Assembly (NCBI GenBank): GCA_018394315.1 | Contig: CP074575.1 | Span: 1,706,615 to 1,770,614, forward strand | From: Mycoplasmatota bacterium | Lineage (GTDB): Bacteria; Bacillota_I; Bacilli_A; MAG-NZ | DNA: 64,000 nt | Reading direction: 5' to 3' | Shown here: positions 20,680 through 31,681 of the stretch, in pieces | Position numbering within the stretch: the stretch's first letter is position 1 | Layout: each line of letters begins with the position of its first letter | Translations under genes and position numbers: made by a program | The notes under the pieces: model-generated | Seen by the model: only the letters and a program-made list of their open reading frames with translations | The model's database searches: none | Told to the model about the DNA's origin: nothing

Positions 20680-21690
20680 TTATAGAACTGTATTTGATTG
20701 TGATTGTAAAGACGTTATAGCCACAACTGCAATTATATCATTAGAAGAACATCCTCGCGAAAGATCATTAACAGGTTTGCTTAGTCCTTGTGTAATAGGA
20801 CCATAAGCAGCGGCATTAGCTAATCTTTGAACTAACTTATAGCCAATATTACCAGCTTGAAGATCTGGAAATACTAATACATTAGCATATCCAGCTACTT
20901 GGCTTGATGGTGCTTTTTGCTTAGCAACAGAAGGAACAATAGCTGTATCAAGTTGTAATTCACCATCTATTTTAAGATTAGGATATTTTGTTCTAACAAT
21001 ATCAGTTGCTGAAATGACTTTACTAACAAGTTCTCCACTTGCACTTCCTAGTGTAGAATATGATAGCATAGCAACTCGAGGTTCATTACTCGTTAGATAG
21101 TCAAATGATTTTGCAGTCTGAATTGCAATTTCAGACAATTCATTTGCATTAGGATTTTCAACCAAACCACAATCTGCAAAAGCAAATACCCCATCACTAC
21201 CAAAAATTGAACTTGGTACTTCCATAAGGAAAAATGATGACACAATTTTTACGTTATTGGCAGTTCTAAGAATTTGAAGAGCAGGCCTTAGGACATCACG
21301 TGTTGAGGTTATAGCTCCCGCAACCATCCCATCAGCATCTGATTGTTTGACCATCATAACACCATAATATATAGTATTATGAATTAGTTTATCAGCCTCT
21401 TCCTTAGTCATCCCTTTAGCTTTACGTAACTCAAGTAACTTAGTACTGTATAAATCTAATTTATCTGATTCTTCAATTATGATTACTTTGATACCTTCGT
21501 TTTGCAACTTCGTTATTTCATCACTTACATCAGATCTATTAATCAAAACAATAATATTAGTAATATTATGACAATGTAATTGCCTAGCGGCATCTATTAC
21601 TCTTTGATCTTTACCTTCTGGAAGAACTATAGTCTGTTTATTTTGTTTCGCTTGACTGATTATTTTGTCTAAAAGATTCATTTTGACCAC
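20680..21690 (-). CDS. pta: Phosphate acetyltransferase (PTA_PTB / EutD type)
   Basis: VLPEG, FADCG, DGELQLD, GNIGYKLVQR, PVNDLSRG. Confidence 0.92.
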   Translation of the reverse strand: MVKMNLLDKIISQAKQNKQTIVLPEGKDQRVIDAARQLHCHNITNIIVLINRSDVSDEITKLQNEGIKVIIIEESDKLDLYSTKLLELRKAKGMTKEEADKLIHNTIYYGVMMVKQSDADGMVAGAITSTRDVLRPALQILRTANNVKIVSSFFLMEVPSSIFGSDGVFAFADCGLVENPNANELSEIAIQTAKSFDYLTSNEPRVAMLSYSTLGSASGELVSKVISATDIVRTKYPNLKIDGELQLDTAIVPSVAKQKAPSSQVAGYANVLVFPDLQAGNIGYKLVQRLANAAAYGPITQGLSKPVNDLSRGCSSNDIIAVVAITSLQSQSNTVL

Positions 21691-21696
21691 TCTCTT

Positions 21697-21993
21697 CTAT
21701 TCAATGAATATATAATCTTTTTCAGTTTTGACTGAATCAACAATTCCAGCAACGCATAGTTCTATTGGTGCAATTTTACTTTTAGCATTAGTAATCATCC
21801 TAGCGGATCCACCCTCAGATAGAATAATAACTATATCTCCGATACCTGCACCTACACCATCGACCGCAAGCATCTCATTTCCAAACGGTTTAAAAAATTC
21901 ATCAACGGGTTGGACAAATAGAAGTTTTTTTCCCTTGATTAATTCATTTTTATGTGTAGAAACTAGGTTTCCTACCACTTTTGCAAGTTGCAT
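21697..21993 (-). CDS. EutN/CcmL-family BMC pentamer (vertex) protein
   Basis: MQLAKVVG.VST.K...AVDGVGAGIGD...GIVD. Confidence 0.92.
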   Translation of the reverse strand: MQLAKVVGNLVSTHKNELIKGKKLLFVQPVDEFFKPFGNEMLAVDGVGAGIGDIVIILSEGGSARMITNAKSKIAPIELCVAGIVDSVKTEKDYIFIE

Positions 21994-22018
21994 ATACTCA
22001 CCCCTTATCTAAAGGTTG

Positions 22019-22288
22019 TTAATCTTTGCAGTAAATGCTGTCAATTATTCCAACAATTCCAGCATCAACACATGCTGTTGGAATCGGAAGATTCATTGCG
22101 CCCTCTTTACTTTTTGAATAAAATACATATTCACCAACACCAGCACCGTAATTATCTGCAGCAACAATAGGTGTTCCTAATGGTTCATATTTTGAGTTAA
22201 CAGGTTGAATAACTAGAAGAGTAACACCTTTAATATCTTTTATTTTTACTGTTGATGTAACCGTTCCAATGACTTTTGCCATTTGCAT
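22019..22288 (-). CDS. EutN/CcmL-family BMC pentamer protein
   Basis: MQMAKVIGTV...GAGVGE...DAGIVGIID. Confidence 0.92.
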   Translation of the reverse strand: MQMAKVIGTVTSTVKIKDIKGVTLLVIQPVNSKYEPLGTPIVAADNYGAGVGEYVFYSKSKEGAMNLPIPTACVDAGIVGIIDSIYCKD

Positions 22289-22289
22289 G

Positions 22290-22754
22290 TTATCTCCTCC
22301 TACAGTCTAACAATCTTTTTTCAATATCCAATATACTATTTATACGTTTAATATTGCGTTCTCCTTCAAATTTAGTAGTTAAAAATATTTTGACAATTTC
22401 TTTTGCAACTCCTTCGCCAACTACCATGCTTCCAAGAGTCAAGACATTAGCACCATTATGATGACGACTGTTACGCGCTGTATAAATTTCATTAGCACAT
22501 GCCGCTAACACTCCAGGTACTTTATTAGCCATCATAGAAGAACCAATTCCCGCACCGTCGATCATAATTCCAAAGTCACACTTTTTAGTTGCCACTGCAT
22601 GCGATACTAAGAAAGCGTAGTCTGGATAATCGCACCTTTCTTTATTATACGTACCTAAATCATCGTACTCCATGTGTAATTCTTCTGATATATACTTTTT
22701 GATCTTTTCTTTTAATTCATAACCACCATGGTCACACCCGATTGCAATTTTCAT
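22290..22754 (-). CDS. rpiB: Ribose-5-phosphate isomerase B family
   Basis: IGCDHGG, DYPDYA, DGAGIGS, ANKVPG, HNGANVL. Confidence 0.9.
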   Translation of the reverse strand: MKIAIGCDHGGYELKEKIKKYISEELHMEYDDLGTYNKERCDYPDYAFLVSHAVATKKCDFGIMIDGAGIGSSMMANKVPGVLAACANEIYTARNSRHHNGANVLTLGSMVVGEGVAKEIVKIFLTTKFEGERNIKRINSILDIEKRLLDCRRR

Positions 22755-22756
22755 AA

Positions 22757-23062
22757 TTATATCTCCTTCTTGTGCTTACTGAAAACATTTTTACCTTCAA
22801 TATCAACATAATCAACAATTGCCATAATCGTTGCATCCACAGGTTTATTTTGTGTGAGTTCTGTTAACCTTGCTGAGCTCCCCCCAACAACTAATACTAT
22901 TTCTAAATCGCCAGCGCCTACAGCATCAATAGCCACAGCAGGTTTACCTTCATCTTCAAAGGTAATTAGATTTACTGGTTGTACAACATGCATCTTTAAA
23001 CCACTCATACGTTCGTCTTTTTGTGTACAAACAACGTTTCCAATTATTCTTGCAGCATACAT
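22757..23062 (-). CDS. EutN/CcmL-family BMC pentamer protein
   Basis: ARIIGNVVCTQK...DAVGAG...GSSAR...DATIMAIVD. Confidence 0.92.
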   Translation of the reverse strand: MYAARIIGNVVCTQKDERMSGLKMHVVQPVNLITFEDEGKPAVAIDAVGAGDLEIVLVVGGSSARLTELTQNKPVDATIMAIVDYVDIEGKNVFSKHKKEI

Positions 23063-23084
23063 ATAATCTCCTTCTTTCTAGGTT

Positions 23085-23870
23085 TTAATAACTACCTGAT
23101 GTTGGATTTGTACCCTTAACAATATTAATACCTGAGCTAGTACCAATTCTATTTGCACCAGCTGCTATCATTGCTCTAGCTTTTTCCGTATCACGAACTC
23201 CACCAGAAGCTTTAACACCAATATTTGGCCCAACAACTTTACGCATCAGTCTAATGTCTTCAACGGTTGCTCCACCTTTGTTAAAACCAGTTGATGTTTT
23301 CACAAAATCTGCTCCAGCCATTTTTGCTATTGTACAAGCTTTTATTTTTTCTTCTTCATTTAACAATGACGTTTCTAAAATAACCTTAACTAAAGCGCGA
23401 CCTTTAGCAGCATTAGTTACACCCTCAATATCTCGTTTGACTAGATCCCAGTCACCAGATTTTATCGCGCCTATATTGATAACCATATCAATCTCATTTG
23501 CACCATTTTTTATAGCGTCGATTGTCTCATCAACTTTTGCTCTTGTTGTTGATGCACCTAAAGGAAAACCTACAACACAGCAAGTTTCAACACCTGACCC
23601 AAGTAAATGGCGAGATACTAAAGTAACGTAGTGTGTATTCACGCATACTGATTTAAACTTATATTGAATTGCTTCATCACACACTTTTCTAACATCAGCT
23701 TCAGTAGCATCCGGTTTTAAAATCGTATGATCTATAATTGATGCAATGTCATTATTGCTGTTTGTATCAACATTAAATGCTCCATTATTTTCTTTAGCTA
23801 TTTTACGGTATACTTCTTCAGCAATTCGTTCTATTAATTTATCTAATTCCATAATATCAACTCTTTCCAA
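23085..23870 (-). CDS. deoC: Deoxyribose-phosphate aldolase with N-terminal encapsulation-peptide-like helix
   Basis: [37 protein letters not shown]-terminal [16 protein letters not shown]. Confidence 0.93.
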   Translation of the reverse strand: MERVDIMELDKLIERIAEEVYRKIAKENNGAFNVDTNSNNDIASIIDHTILKPDATEADVRKVCDEAIQYKFKSVCVNTHYVTLVSRHLLGSGVETCCVVGFPLGASTTRAKVDETIDAIKNGANEIDMVINIGAIKSGDWDLVKRDIEGVTNAAKGRALVKVILETSLLNEEEKIKACTIAKMAGADFVKTSTGFNKGGATVEDIRLMRKVVGPNIGVKASGGVRDTEKARAMIAAGANRIGTSSGINIVKGTNPTSGSY

Positions 23871-23891
23871 TTTCGTTTTTAGACCTCTAAT

Positions 23892-24164
23892 TTATTTAAT
23901 TAATGCTTCAACATCTTCATGTGGTCTTGGAATTACATGAACTGAAACCAACTCACCAACACGGCGTGCTGCATCTGAACCCGCTTCAGTAGCCGCTTTA
24001 ACTGCACCAACATCTCCTCTTACCATTACAGTTACTAATCCACTACCTATTTGCTCTTTACCAATTAAGGTAACGTTTGCTGCTTTTACCATTGCATCAG
24101 CAGCTTCTATAGCTCCTACTAATCCTTTTGTTTCAATTAACCCTAATGCTTCTTTCATACTCAC
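23892..24164 (-). CDS. BMC-H shell hexamer (EutM/PduA-like)
   Basis: [26 protein letters not shown]...VIPRPH. Confidence 0.95.
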   Translation of the reverse strand: MSMKEALGLIETKGLVGAIEAADAMVKAANVTLIGKEQIGSGLVTVMVRGDVGAVKAATEAGSDAARRVGELVSVHVIPRPHEDVEALIK

Positions 24165-24232
24165 TTCCTCCGTTAATCATAATTTTAAATTTTTATTTGA
24201 AACTAAACTTATTTTTTCAATAATAATTATTA

Positions 24233-24538
24233 TTATTGTTTTGGACTTGAATTATTTGGTTGTCTTTTGCGCTTACCTATTAATTTTTCAACGTCATTAT
24301 GTGGTCTTGGGATTACGTGTACAGAAACCAACTCACCAACACGGCGTGCTGCGTCTGAACCTGCTTCCGTTGCTGCTTTTACTGCACCTACATCTCCCCT
24401 TACCATAACAGTTACTAATCCATGACCAATTTGTTCTTTACCAATCAAAGTAACATTTGCTGCTTTTACCATTGCATCAGCAGCTTCTATAGCTCCTACT
24501 AATCCTCTTGTTTCGATTAACCCTAATGCTTCTTTCAT
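24233..24538 (-). CDS. BMC-H shell hexamer with basic C-terminal tail
   Basis: Same core as its neighbours, plus tail [13 protein letters not shown]. Confidence 0.95.
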   Translation of the reverse strand: MKEALGLIETRGLVGAIEAADAMVKAANVTLIGKEQIGHGLVTVMVRGDVGAVKAATEAGSDAARRVGELVSVHVIPRPHNDVEKLIGKRKRQPNNSSPKQ

Positions 24539-24678
24539 ACTAATTCCTCCCTTTTATTAATTTCTTTAATTGAAATTTAAATTGAATTTAATTACTATGA
24601 CTACATATTATTATTGTTTCTTATTGAACTTATAATTTCATAAATTCCTACTAGAATTTTTTTCCAATTTGTAACTAC

Positions 24679-24957
24679 TTAATTGTTTTTTGCTTTTAAT
24701 AATCCTTCTACGTCACTATGTGGTCTTGGGATTACGTGTACCGAAACCAACTCACCAACACGGCGTACTGCATCTGATCCCGCTTCAGTTGCTGCTTTTA
24801 CCGCACCAACATCACCTCTTACCATAACAGTTACTAATCCATGACCGATTTGTTCTTTACCAATCAAAGTAACATTTGCTGCTTTTACCATTGCATCAGC
24901 AGCTTCAATAGCTCCTACTAATCCTTTTGTTTCAACTAACCCTAATGCTTCTTTCAT
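24679..24957 (-). CDS. BMC-H shell hexamer
   Basis: ALGLVETKG...[11 protein letters not shown]...VIPRPH. Confidence 0.95.
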   Translation of the reverse strand: MKEALGLVETKGLVGAIEAADAMVKAANVTLIGKEQIGHGLVTVMVRGDVGAVKAATEAGSDAVRRVGELVSVHVIPRPHSDVEGLLKAKNN

Positions 24958-24980
24958 GATTTTTACTCTCCTTTTAAATT

Positions 24981-25526
24981 TTATATTAACGTTCGTAACA
25001 TCTCTTCGCTTATTCTTGGAATTACTGCTGTATGAGCAAGTAATCCATCTTCTTTATTCGCAGTTTCAGCAGCCTCAACTGCTGCTTTCACACTACTAAC
25101 ATCTCCAGTTAATATTGTAAATGATTTTCCTCCGAGACCACGTCCTAATCTAATCTCTAGTAACTCAACATTTGCTGCTTTTACTGCAGCATCTGACAAT
25201 AAGACCGCAGTTGCAAGTGAATATGTTTCAATTACACCTACTGCACCTTTACAAACTATTTCAGTTGAACAACTAAGTGCAGCAAATACTTGTTCATGAA
25301 CACTTGCAAGAATAATATCGTTGACAAGTGATTTGCCAGCCGTTTTTGCACCAACTTCAATAGCACTTTTGACTGCTGCAACTTTACCTCGTATCATGAC
25401 AATGTATTTACCAGGACAAGATGCATATGCACCGACTAATTTAACATCTGCTGTTTTAACAATTGCATCTCCAGCTTCAATACCACGAGCAATACTATTA
25501 AGTTCAATCATCCCTAATGATTCCAT
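24981..25526 (-). CDS. BMC-T tandem shell protein, PduT-like
   Basis: Two BMC domains, CPGKY Fe-S pore motif, GLGGK. Confidence 0.9.
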   Translation of the reverse strand: MESLGMIELNSIARGIEAGDAIVKTADVKLVGAYASCPGKYIVMIRGKVAAVKSAIEVGAKTAGKSLVNDIILASVHEQVFAALSCSTEIVCKGAVGVIETYSLATAVLLSDAAVKAANVELLEIRLGRGLGGKSFTILTGDVSSVKAAVEAAETANKEDGLLAHTAVIPRISEEMLRTLI

Positions 25527-25540
25527 ATATTCAAGCCTCC

Positions 25541-26863
25541 TTATGCACGTATTTCAATAAATTCTTCTGAAATGCTTGTAACATTTCCACTAATACTTGC
25601 ATGAATATTAGCGCCTAGTTTTTCATTACATGAGGCAACTAAATCACCTTTAGAAACAAAGTCACCAATCTTTACAAGGGGTGTTGCTGGAACACCAATA
25701 TGTTGTTTTAATAATATTTTAACAACTTTAGTATCGAATACGTTTCGATTCAATGGAGCCGCAACATTATAGTTTGACAAGTCAAGTCTAGCTATTAACC
25801 TTTTTGTTGGTACTTTCTTGCTTTCACGTAGAGTATCAACTTCATAAGGAACAATCTTTTCAGTTTTAGCACCCTTTTTAAGCAAACTTTGTTTAACCAT
25901 ATTAGTAATCTTTCCTGGGTCTAAATCCATCGGACATGCATATAAACTACATAGACGACAATCACAACATGATACAACTGATGAGATACTTCCAAGTGCA
26001 CTTGGATCCTCGTTTGCAAGTCCTCTCATGACTTTATGTGGTTCGGTATTCTTTCCTAAAATATTTCTAGGACACATATCAGTGCAGTAACTACACTGAC
26101 AACAAACAGCTTTTGTTAGTTTTAAATCTACATCCTTTTTACGTGTCTTTTTAATAATTAGACTGTGATCTTTATGTAAAACAATTATACCACTAGTGAT
26201 CTTTGTAACGGGTGCATGCCAATCGTCCTCAACGTATCCCATCATTGGTCCACCAACAATTAAACTGTATTTTTTAAAATCAACCGGTCCATCGCACTCG
26301 TTGATTAGATCAATAAATGATGTTCCTAACGGTGCAATAATTGTTTGTGGTTTTTTAACATCCCCTGTAACCGTTATTACCCTTTCTGTAACAGGACAAT
26401 TTTTTGCAATATGTATTGTCGTTGCAACGTTAATGACAACTGCTCCAACATCAAGTGGAAGCCCCATTAGTGGAACTACTTCTTTTGTTACTTCATAGAC
26501 AAGCTGTTGCTCATCACCTGCTGGGTAGAAGTCTTTAATAATTCTCAATTCAATAGAATTTTCGTTTTTAATAAGACTTTTGAGTTTAGAAATTGCTCCC
26601 TTATATTTCCCTTTTAGGCAAATTACTCCTTTAGTTGCACCAGTTTGAATCATAGCAATTTTTAATCCTGCAACAACATCTTCACTTTCGATTTCCATTA
26701 ATTGTTGATCAACTCTTAAAAGAGGTTCACACTCAGCACCGTTAACAATTACTACATCTGCCTTACAGTTTAGTTTCACATGTGTTGGAAAACCAGCACC
26801 TCCAGCTCCTACAATTCCTGCATCTTTTATTCTATTTATATAATCTTTCTGCATTCTACTCAC
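25541..26863 (-). CDS. PduS/RnfC-like Fe-S flavoprotein
   Basis: GAGGAGFPTH, NGAECEP, GGPMMG, two 4Fe-4S motifs, QHIG. Confidence 0.88.
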   Translation of the reverse strand: MSRMQKDYINRIKDAGIVGAGGAGFPTHVKLNCKADVVIVNGAECEPLLRVDQQLMEIESEDVVAGLKIAMIQTGATKGVICLKGKYKGAISKLKSLIKNENSIELRIIKDFYPAGDEQQLVYEVTKEVVPLMGLPLDVGAVVINVATTIHIAKNCPVTERVITVTGDVKKPQTIIAPLGTSFIDLINECDGPVDFKKYSLIVGGPMMGYVEDDWHAPVTKITSGIIVLHKDHSLIIKKTRKKDVDLKLTKAVCCQCSYCTDMCPRNILGKNTEPHKVMRGLANEDPSALGSISSVVSCCDCRLCSLYACPMDLDPGKITNMVKQSLLKKGAKTEKIVPYEVDTLRESKKVPTKRLIARLDLSNYNVAAPLNRNVFDTKVVKILLKQHIGVPATPLVKIGDFVSKGDLVASCNEKLGANIHASISGNVTSISEEFIEIRA

Positions 26864-26880
26864 TCCTAACAGTAAATGAA

Positions 26881-28287
26881 TTATATGATTCTAAATCCAC
26901 CGGATAAAGTACATCTTCTAATTCTAGTAAAACTTCGTGCAGAAGTTAAACCTTCTCCTGTTGGTGTTGCGATTGTTAGGGTTGTAAATCCTTCCCCTTC
27001 TATTCCAAGTCCTGCGTAAGAAGGTGCGTTCTTAACAAAAATTGATGTATCTAAAGCACGTGCTGCTAATGTTAAATTAGTTACACTTTCTGAATGCATT
27101 ATCGCTGTATGATGACATCCATTTTCAGCAGATACTGCTTTATTAATCGCTTCCTCTATTGAATAAACACGAACTAAACCAAGAACTGGCATTAACATCT
27201 CAATTTTAACAAATGGATGTTCATCTGAAACTTCGGCAATTATAAGTTTAATATCCTCATTAACGTAAATATTGCATGCTTTCAGTACTTCTGAAGCACC
27301 TTTTCCCACATATTTTCGGTTAACAACAGTCTCACCTTTATTATTGGTAGTAAATACTTCTCTTGTTACAGTATCTATTTCGTGGCGTTTAAGTTCATAT
27401 GCTCCGTTTTTAATCATCTCTGTTATAAGTTCATTGAATACGCTATTGATTATAAATGCTTCTTTTTCTGCAATACATAAAACATTGTTATCAAAACTTG
27501 CTCCTCTAACAATATCATTAGCAGCTTTTTTGATATCTGCTGTTTCATCAACAATGACTGGTGGATTTCCTGGTCCTGCAGCAATTACTTTTTTACCGCT
27601 TTTCATGGCTACTTCTACTACTGCTTCTCCGCCTGTAACAGACAACATTCTAATGTCTTTATGTGACATTATCACTTTACTTGTGTCCATCGATGGTTCA
27701 ATTGGTGAAGTAAGCAAATCTTTTGGACCACCAACACTATATATAGCTTTATTCAATATATTAATAGTTTCTAAACAGACTTTCTTTGCTCCTGGATGAG
27801 GGTTATAAACGACTCCATTTCCTGCAGCTACCATGCTTATACTGTTATTGATAATTGTAGAACTAGGATTAGTCGAGGGAGTAATTGATCCAATTACACC
27901 AAAAGGAGCAAGTTCAACTAAAGTCATTCCGTCATCTCCAGTATAAGTGTACGACTCTAAATCCTCAGTCCCGGGTGTTTTCTCAGCTGCTAAAATATTT
28001 TTCGCAATTTTGTCTTGAATTCTTCCAAATCCTGTTTCTTCATGAGCCATAACTGCTAACTTTTCTGCATTTTCAAGACTGGCTTTACGCATAGCAGCGA
28101 TTATTTCACTTCGTGTTTTCATACTGAGATCCATTAATTGTTTTTGTGATGCCCTCGCTGCTGAAATTGCTTCTTCAACATTCTCAAAACAACCAAAAGA
28201 TTCATACGCTTCAGAACTTGGTCGATTCTGACCGTACTTTTGCTCCATTTCAACTATGAGTTTTTCGATTAAGCTATCTGTACTCAT
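26881..28287 (-). CDS. CoA-acylating aldehyde dehydrogenase (EutE/PduP family)
   Basis: PSTNP, AGPGNPP, FDNNVLCIAEK, TIATPTGEG. Confidence 0.92.
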   Translation of the reverse strand: MSTDSLIEKLIVEMEQKYGQNRPSSEAYESFGCFENVEEAISAARASQKQLMDLSMKTRSEIIAAMRKASLENAEKLAVMAHEETGFGRIQDKIAKNILAAEKTPGTEDLESYTYTGDDGMTLVELAPFGVIGSITPSTNPSSTIINNSISMVAAGNGVVYNPHPGAKKVCLETINILNKAIYSVGGPKDLLTSPIEPSMDTSKVIMSHKDIRMLSVTGGEAVVEVAMKSGKKVIAAGPGNPPVIVDETADIKKAANDIVRGASFDNNVLCIAEKEAFIINSVFNELITEMIKNGAYELKRHEIDTVTREVFTTNNKGETVVNRKYVGKGASEVLKACNIYVNEDIKLIIAEVSDEHPFVKIEMLMPVLGLVRVYSIEEAINKAVSAENGCHHTAIMHSESVTNLTLAARALDTSIFVKNAPSYAGLGIEGEGFTTLTIATPTGEGLTSARSFTRIRRCTLSGGFRII

Positions 28288-28973
28288 CTTATCTCCTCCT
28301 CATTGTATTTTATCTCGATTTTAAATTCACGTAGTTTATCCTTTGCTAGTGGTGTAATTAATTGTTTCTTACCGAGAACTATCTCCTTTAAGCCACTTTC
28401 TTTTAAATTTATGACGTAACTTTCAGTAATTAAATTTACTTTATTAAGTTGAGAATTTGTTTTCTGAATATTTATCACATTGATTCCCATTTTTTGGATG
28501 GCATTAACTTGATTTGATATTTTGTTGAACATTAAATCATTCGAGTTTATCATGATATAAAGAGGTTTATTCACCATTAGACTGCTAAGAATAATATGAT
28601 TAATATCATCTGAGTCATCAGTTTCTATTATTGCTTTCATTTGATTGATTCTCAAGCCAAGAACAATGATAACTTCAACTGAATTAAGCAAGTTAAGAAA
28701 ATCACTATTTGCTAGATTAAATTCTATAAGCTGTAAACTATTATTATCAATATAATTTATTTTAGATAGTTCTTGAGCTGTTCCTAGATAGAATTCATAA
28801 CCAGAATAATTTTCCTTAATATACTCTAAATAATCTTTAATTCCAAAGACCATATTTTGTAGTAAAATTAAACAAGATTTATCAATTGATTTGGAATCAT
28901 TGTTACAATTTATCTTATTTAGAACATTTTGAGTAACTGTATTCACTAATTTATCAATATTATTGATTTCCAT
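28284..28973 (-). CDS. BMC-associated hypothetical protein (flavoprotein-like) with encapsulation-peptide-like N-terminus
   Basis: IDKLVNTVTQNVLNKI helix, C-terminal LITPLAKD motif typical of BMC accessory proteins. Confidence 0.65.
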   Translation of the reverse strand: MEINNIDKLVNTVTQNVLNKINCNNDSKSIDKSCLILLQNMVFGIKDYLEYIKENYSGYEFYLGTAQELSKINYIDNNSLQLIEFNLANSDFLNLLNSVEVIIVLGLRINQMKAIIETDDSDDINHIILSSLMVNKPLYIMINSNDLMFNKISNQVNAIQKMGINVINIQKTNSQLNKVNLITESYVINLKESGLKEIVLGKKQLITPLAKDKLREFKIEIKYNEEEIR

Positions 28974-29000
28974 ATTTCACAACCCCTCTATAGAGAAATA

Positions 29001-29819
29001 TTAATTACCATTCAAAATATTATTAATTTCTTTAAATGTTTGAGCATTTAAGCTTGCGCCTCCGATTAAAAATCCCGATACACTTTGAGCAAGTGCAAGT
29101 TTTTTAACATTTGTTGGGTTAACACTCCCACCGTATAGTAAAGGAATATCATTACCTACATCACTTCCATATTCATCTGTTAAAAACTTTCTTATGAATA
29201 TATGAGTTTCTTCAACTTGGTCAGGTGTTGCAGTTTCACCAGTACCAATTGCCCAAATTGGTTCATAAGCAATAACAACTTTTGATAGTTCACTCACATC
29301 AATTCGGCTTAATCCTTCTTTAATTTGATTGATCAATAATTGTTTGTAGTTATCATTTTTTCTTTCTTCGAGGTTTTCACCGATACATAAAATCGGTTTT
29401 ATTTGATTTTGGACACATGCTCTAACCTTCTTTGATATAAAAACATTACATTCTGAAAATATTGTTCTTCTTTCTGAATGACCAATAATGGCATATTTAC
29501 ATCCAAAATCGTTTGCCATTTCAAGTGATAACTCCCCTGTAAATGCACCATTACCTTTAGGATAAATGTTCTGAACACCATAAAGAACTTTACTATAGCG
29601 TAATTTTTCTTCAAACAAATATAAATAAGGATTAGGCGGTACTATAACAATGGTATTTTTTTCACCGAAATCATAACTTGCAATATCATTTAAAAATGAT
29701 TTGACCTCTTGTTTCGTTTTATTCATTTTCCAGTTACCTACAACCAAAAATCCTTGTAATTCTAATAGACAATTAACAATCTCGTTCCTAATAACTGTTT
29801 TAATGTCATTTCTTTCCAT
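29001..29819 (-). CDS. tpiA: Triosephosphate isomerase with N-terminal extension
   Basis: GNWKMN, GHSERR, AYEPIWAIGTG, YGGSV, GGASL. Confidence 0.93.
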   Translation of the reverse strand: MERNDIKTVIRNEIVNCLLELQGFLVVGNWKMNKTKQEVKSFLNDIASYDFGEKNTIVIVPPNPYLYLFEEKLRYSKVLYGVQNIYPKGNGAFTGELSLEMANDFGCKYAIIGHSERRTIFSECNVFISKKVRACVQNQIKPILCIGENLEERKNDNYKQLLINQIKEGLSRIDVSELSKVVIAYEPIWAIGTGETATPDQVEETHIFIRKFLTDEYGSDVGNDIPLLYGGSVNPTNVKKLALAQSVSGFLIGGASLNAQTFKEINNILNGN

Positions 29820-29831
29820 ATCTTTTACTCC

Positions 29832-30857
29832 TTACTTTTTTAGAAGTTTTTCAGAGCCTCTTAGAACAAGTTTAGTTTCAAGTAAAACTTCCTTAACCGG
29901 TGCATGTTTCATTTCTTTTCTTTCAATAAGTTCAAACAACATTTCCGCTGCTACCTCTCCCATCAAATCTGTAGGTCTTGAAACTGTTGAAATGTTCATA
30001 TTCATTATCTCGAACATATCAACATCATCAAAACTAATAAATGAAATATCATGCGGAATTGATAAACCACTTTCTACTAGTGCTTTCACGCATCCTTGAG
30101 CCATCATATTATTTGTTGCAAAAATAGCTGTTGGTCTATTTTTTATATTTAAAATTTGTTTTGTAATCTCATAACCACTTTCTAGCTTAAAATCACCATA
30201 GAACACGTAATTCTTATCAACTTCTAATTTATTTGCTCGCAAAGCATTTTCGTAACCATAGTATCTCTCTCGCCCAGGTTTAGAAGACATCGGTCCTGAG
30301 ATAATCGCAATATTTTCATGTCCTTCCTTAATTAAAGCATCGACTGCTTCAAACGAACCTGATACATTGTTAACAAAAACCGAATTAAAATGCGATAAAT
30401 TTATTCCACGGTCTAAAAGTACAATTGGCACTCCTAAACGCTCTAATTTTTGTATATATTTAAAATCATAATCCAATTGATCTGTCTTTGGGGTTATTAT
30501 TAATCCCATAATGTTATGTGAATTAAACACATCTAAATACTTTAATTCTTTTTCTAATTGTTCATCTGTATTACAAACCAATAGGCTGGCCGAGTGACTA
30601 TCAGCAACACTAGATATTCCTTTAATTACATCACCAAAAAATGGATTAGATATATCAGGAATAACAACACCTATTATATTGTTCTTTTTGTTCGCCATAG
30701 ACTGACCTAATAATTTATCATCTTTTACTAACTCATTAAAAGCTTTTAAAACAATTTTCCTTGTTTCTTCTTTAACATAACCACTCTGATTCATCACTCT
30801 TGAAACAGTAGCAACAGAAACACCAGCTCTCACTGCAATATCCTTATTTTTAACCAC
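29832..30857 (-). CDS. LacI-family transcriptional regulator of the BMC locus
   Basis: DIAVRAGVSVATVSRVMN HTH followed by a sugar-binding domain. Confidence 0.92.
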   Translation of the reverse strand: MVKNKDIAVRAGVSVATVSRVMNQSGYVKEETRKIVLKAFNELVKDDKLLGQSMANKKNNIIGVVIPDISNPFFGDVIKGISSVADSHSASLLVCNTDEQLEKELKYLDVFNSHNIMGLIITPKTDQLDYDFKYIQKLERLGVPIVLLDRGINLSHFNSVFVNNVSGSFEAVDALIKEGHENIAIISGPMSSKPGRERYYGYENALRANKLEVDKNYVFYGDFKLESGYEITKQILNIKNRPTAIFATNNMMAQGCVKALVESGLSIPHDISFISFDDVDMFEIMNMNISTVSRPTDLMGEVAAEMLFELIERKEMKHAPVKEVLLETKLVLRGSEKLLKK

Positions 30858-31440
30858 CGACTACACCCTTCCGTTGTAAAGAGAAATTTTCTTTCATATG
30901 ATATTTCCTTAATTATAAACGTTTTTCCTTATATAGTCAAATTTTTCCAATCAGTAAACCATACATTTATGAAATATTATTACATATATGTATATGCATT
31001 TACATACTGAGATGTATTATTATCGAATACTATTATTGGTACATAAGCATCACTTTCCCCCTATGTTATGAAATCTAATCATAAAAATATTAGAGATAAA
31101 CAGTCACAAAATTTTTCATATTTACGATCACTTATTCAATGACATACAAAGGGGATTAAAAGACAAAATAACAACTTATAACATATCTTAACAAAGCAGG
31201 TGTATGAATAATCTACATAAATAAAAAAACAGCTTATTCAAGCTATTTATTGTTGTTATCTAACAGTTGCCAGAATGAATACATATTTATAAACTGTACT
31301 ATTGTTAATAAAAAGTACTGTTTTTTTCGTTATTTCCATTCACTTTGGTTAAAAACTGGCCAAAATAAATTACTATATTCAGTAAATTACATAAATTATT
31401 ATCACTATAAATAGTAACTACAAGTAAATAATAAGAATAA

Positions 31441-31470
31441 AAAAACCTTACACAAATATTTGTGTAAGGC
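31441..31470 (-). terminator. Intrinsic terminator of the cold-shock gene
   Basis: CCTTACACAAA-TA-TTTGTGTAAGG, with a U-tract on the minus strand. Confidence 0.7.
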
Positions 31471-31480
31471 TAATTATTAA

Positions 31481-31681
31481 TTATCTAACTACGATAATAT
31501 TTTCAGCTTGAGGGCCCTTTGGACCTTCAGCTTGATCAAATGTTACTTTTTGACCTTCTTCTAACGATTTGAATCCACTAGTATTAATTTGAGAATAATG
31601 TGCAAATACGTCTTTACCATCATCTCCTGTAATAAAGCCAAAACCTTTATCAGAATTGAACCATTTAACTGTACCATTCAT
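31481..31681 (-). CDS. cspA: Cold-shock protein
   Basis: [28 protein letters not shown]. Confidence 0.93.
   Translation of the reverse strand: MNGTVKWFNSDKGFGFITGDDGKDVFAHYSQINTSGFKSLEEGQKVTFDQAEGPKGPQAENIIVVR

Noticed and set aside
23892..24957. Three near-identical ~270-bp segments as mobile repeats or an assembly artefact
   Set aside because: They are paralogous BMC-H genes with many synonymous differences and distinct tails and spacers.
30860..31440. LacI operator or riboswitch upstream of the BMC locus
   Set aside because: Only weak AT-rich palindromes; nothing distinguishable from background.
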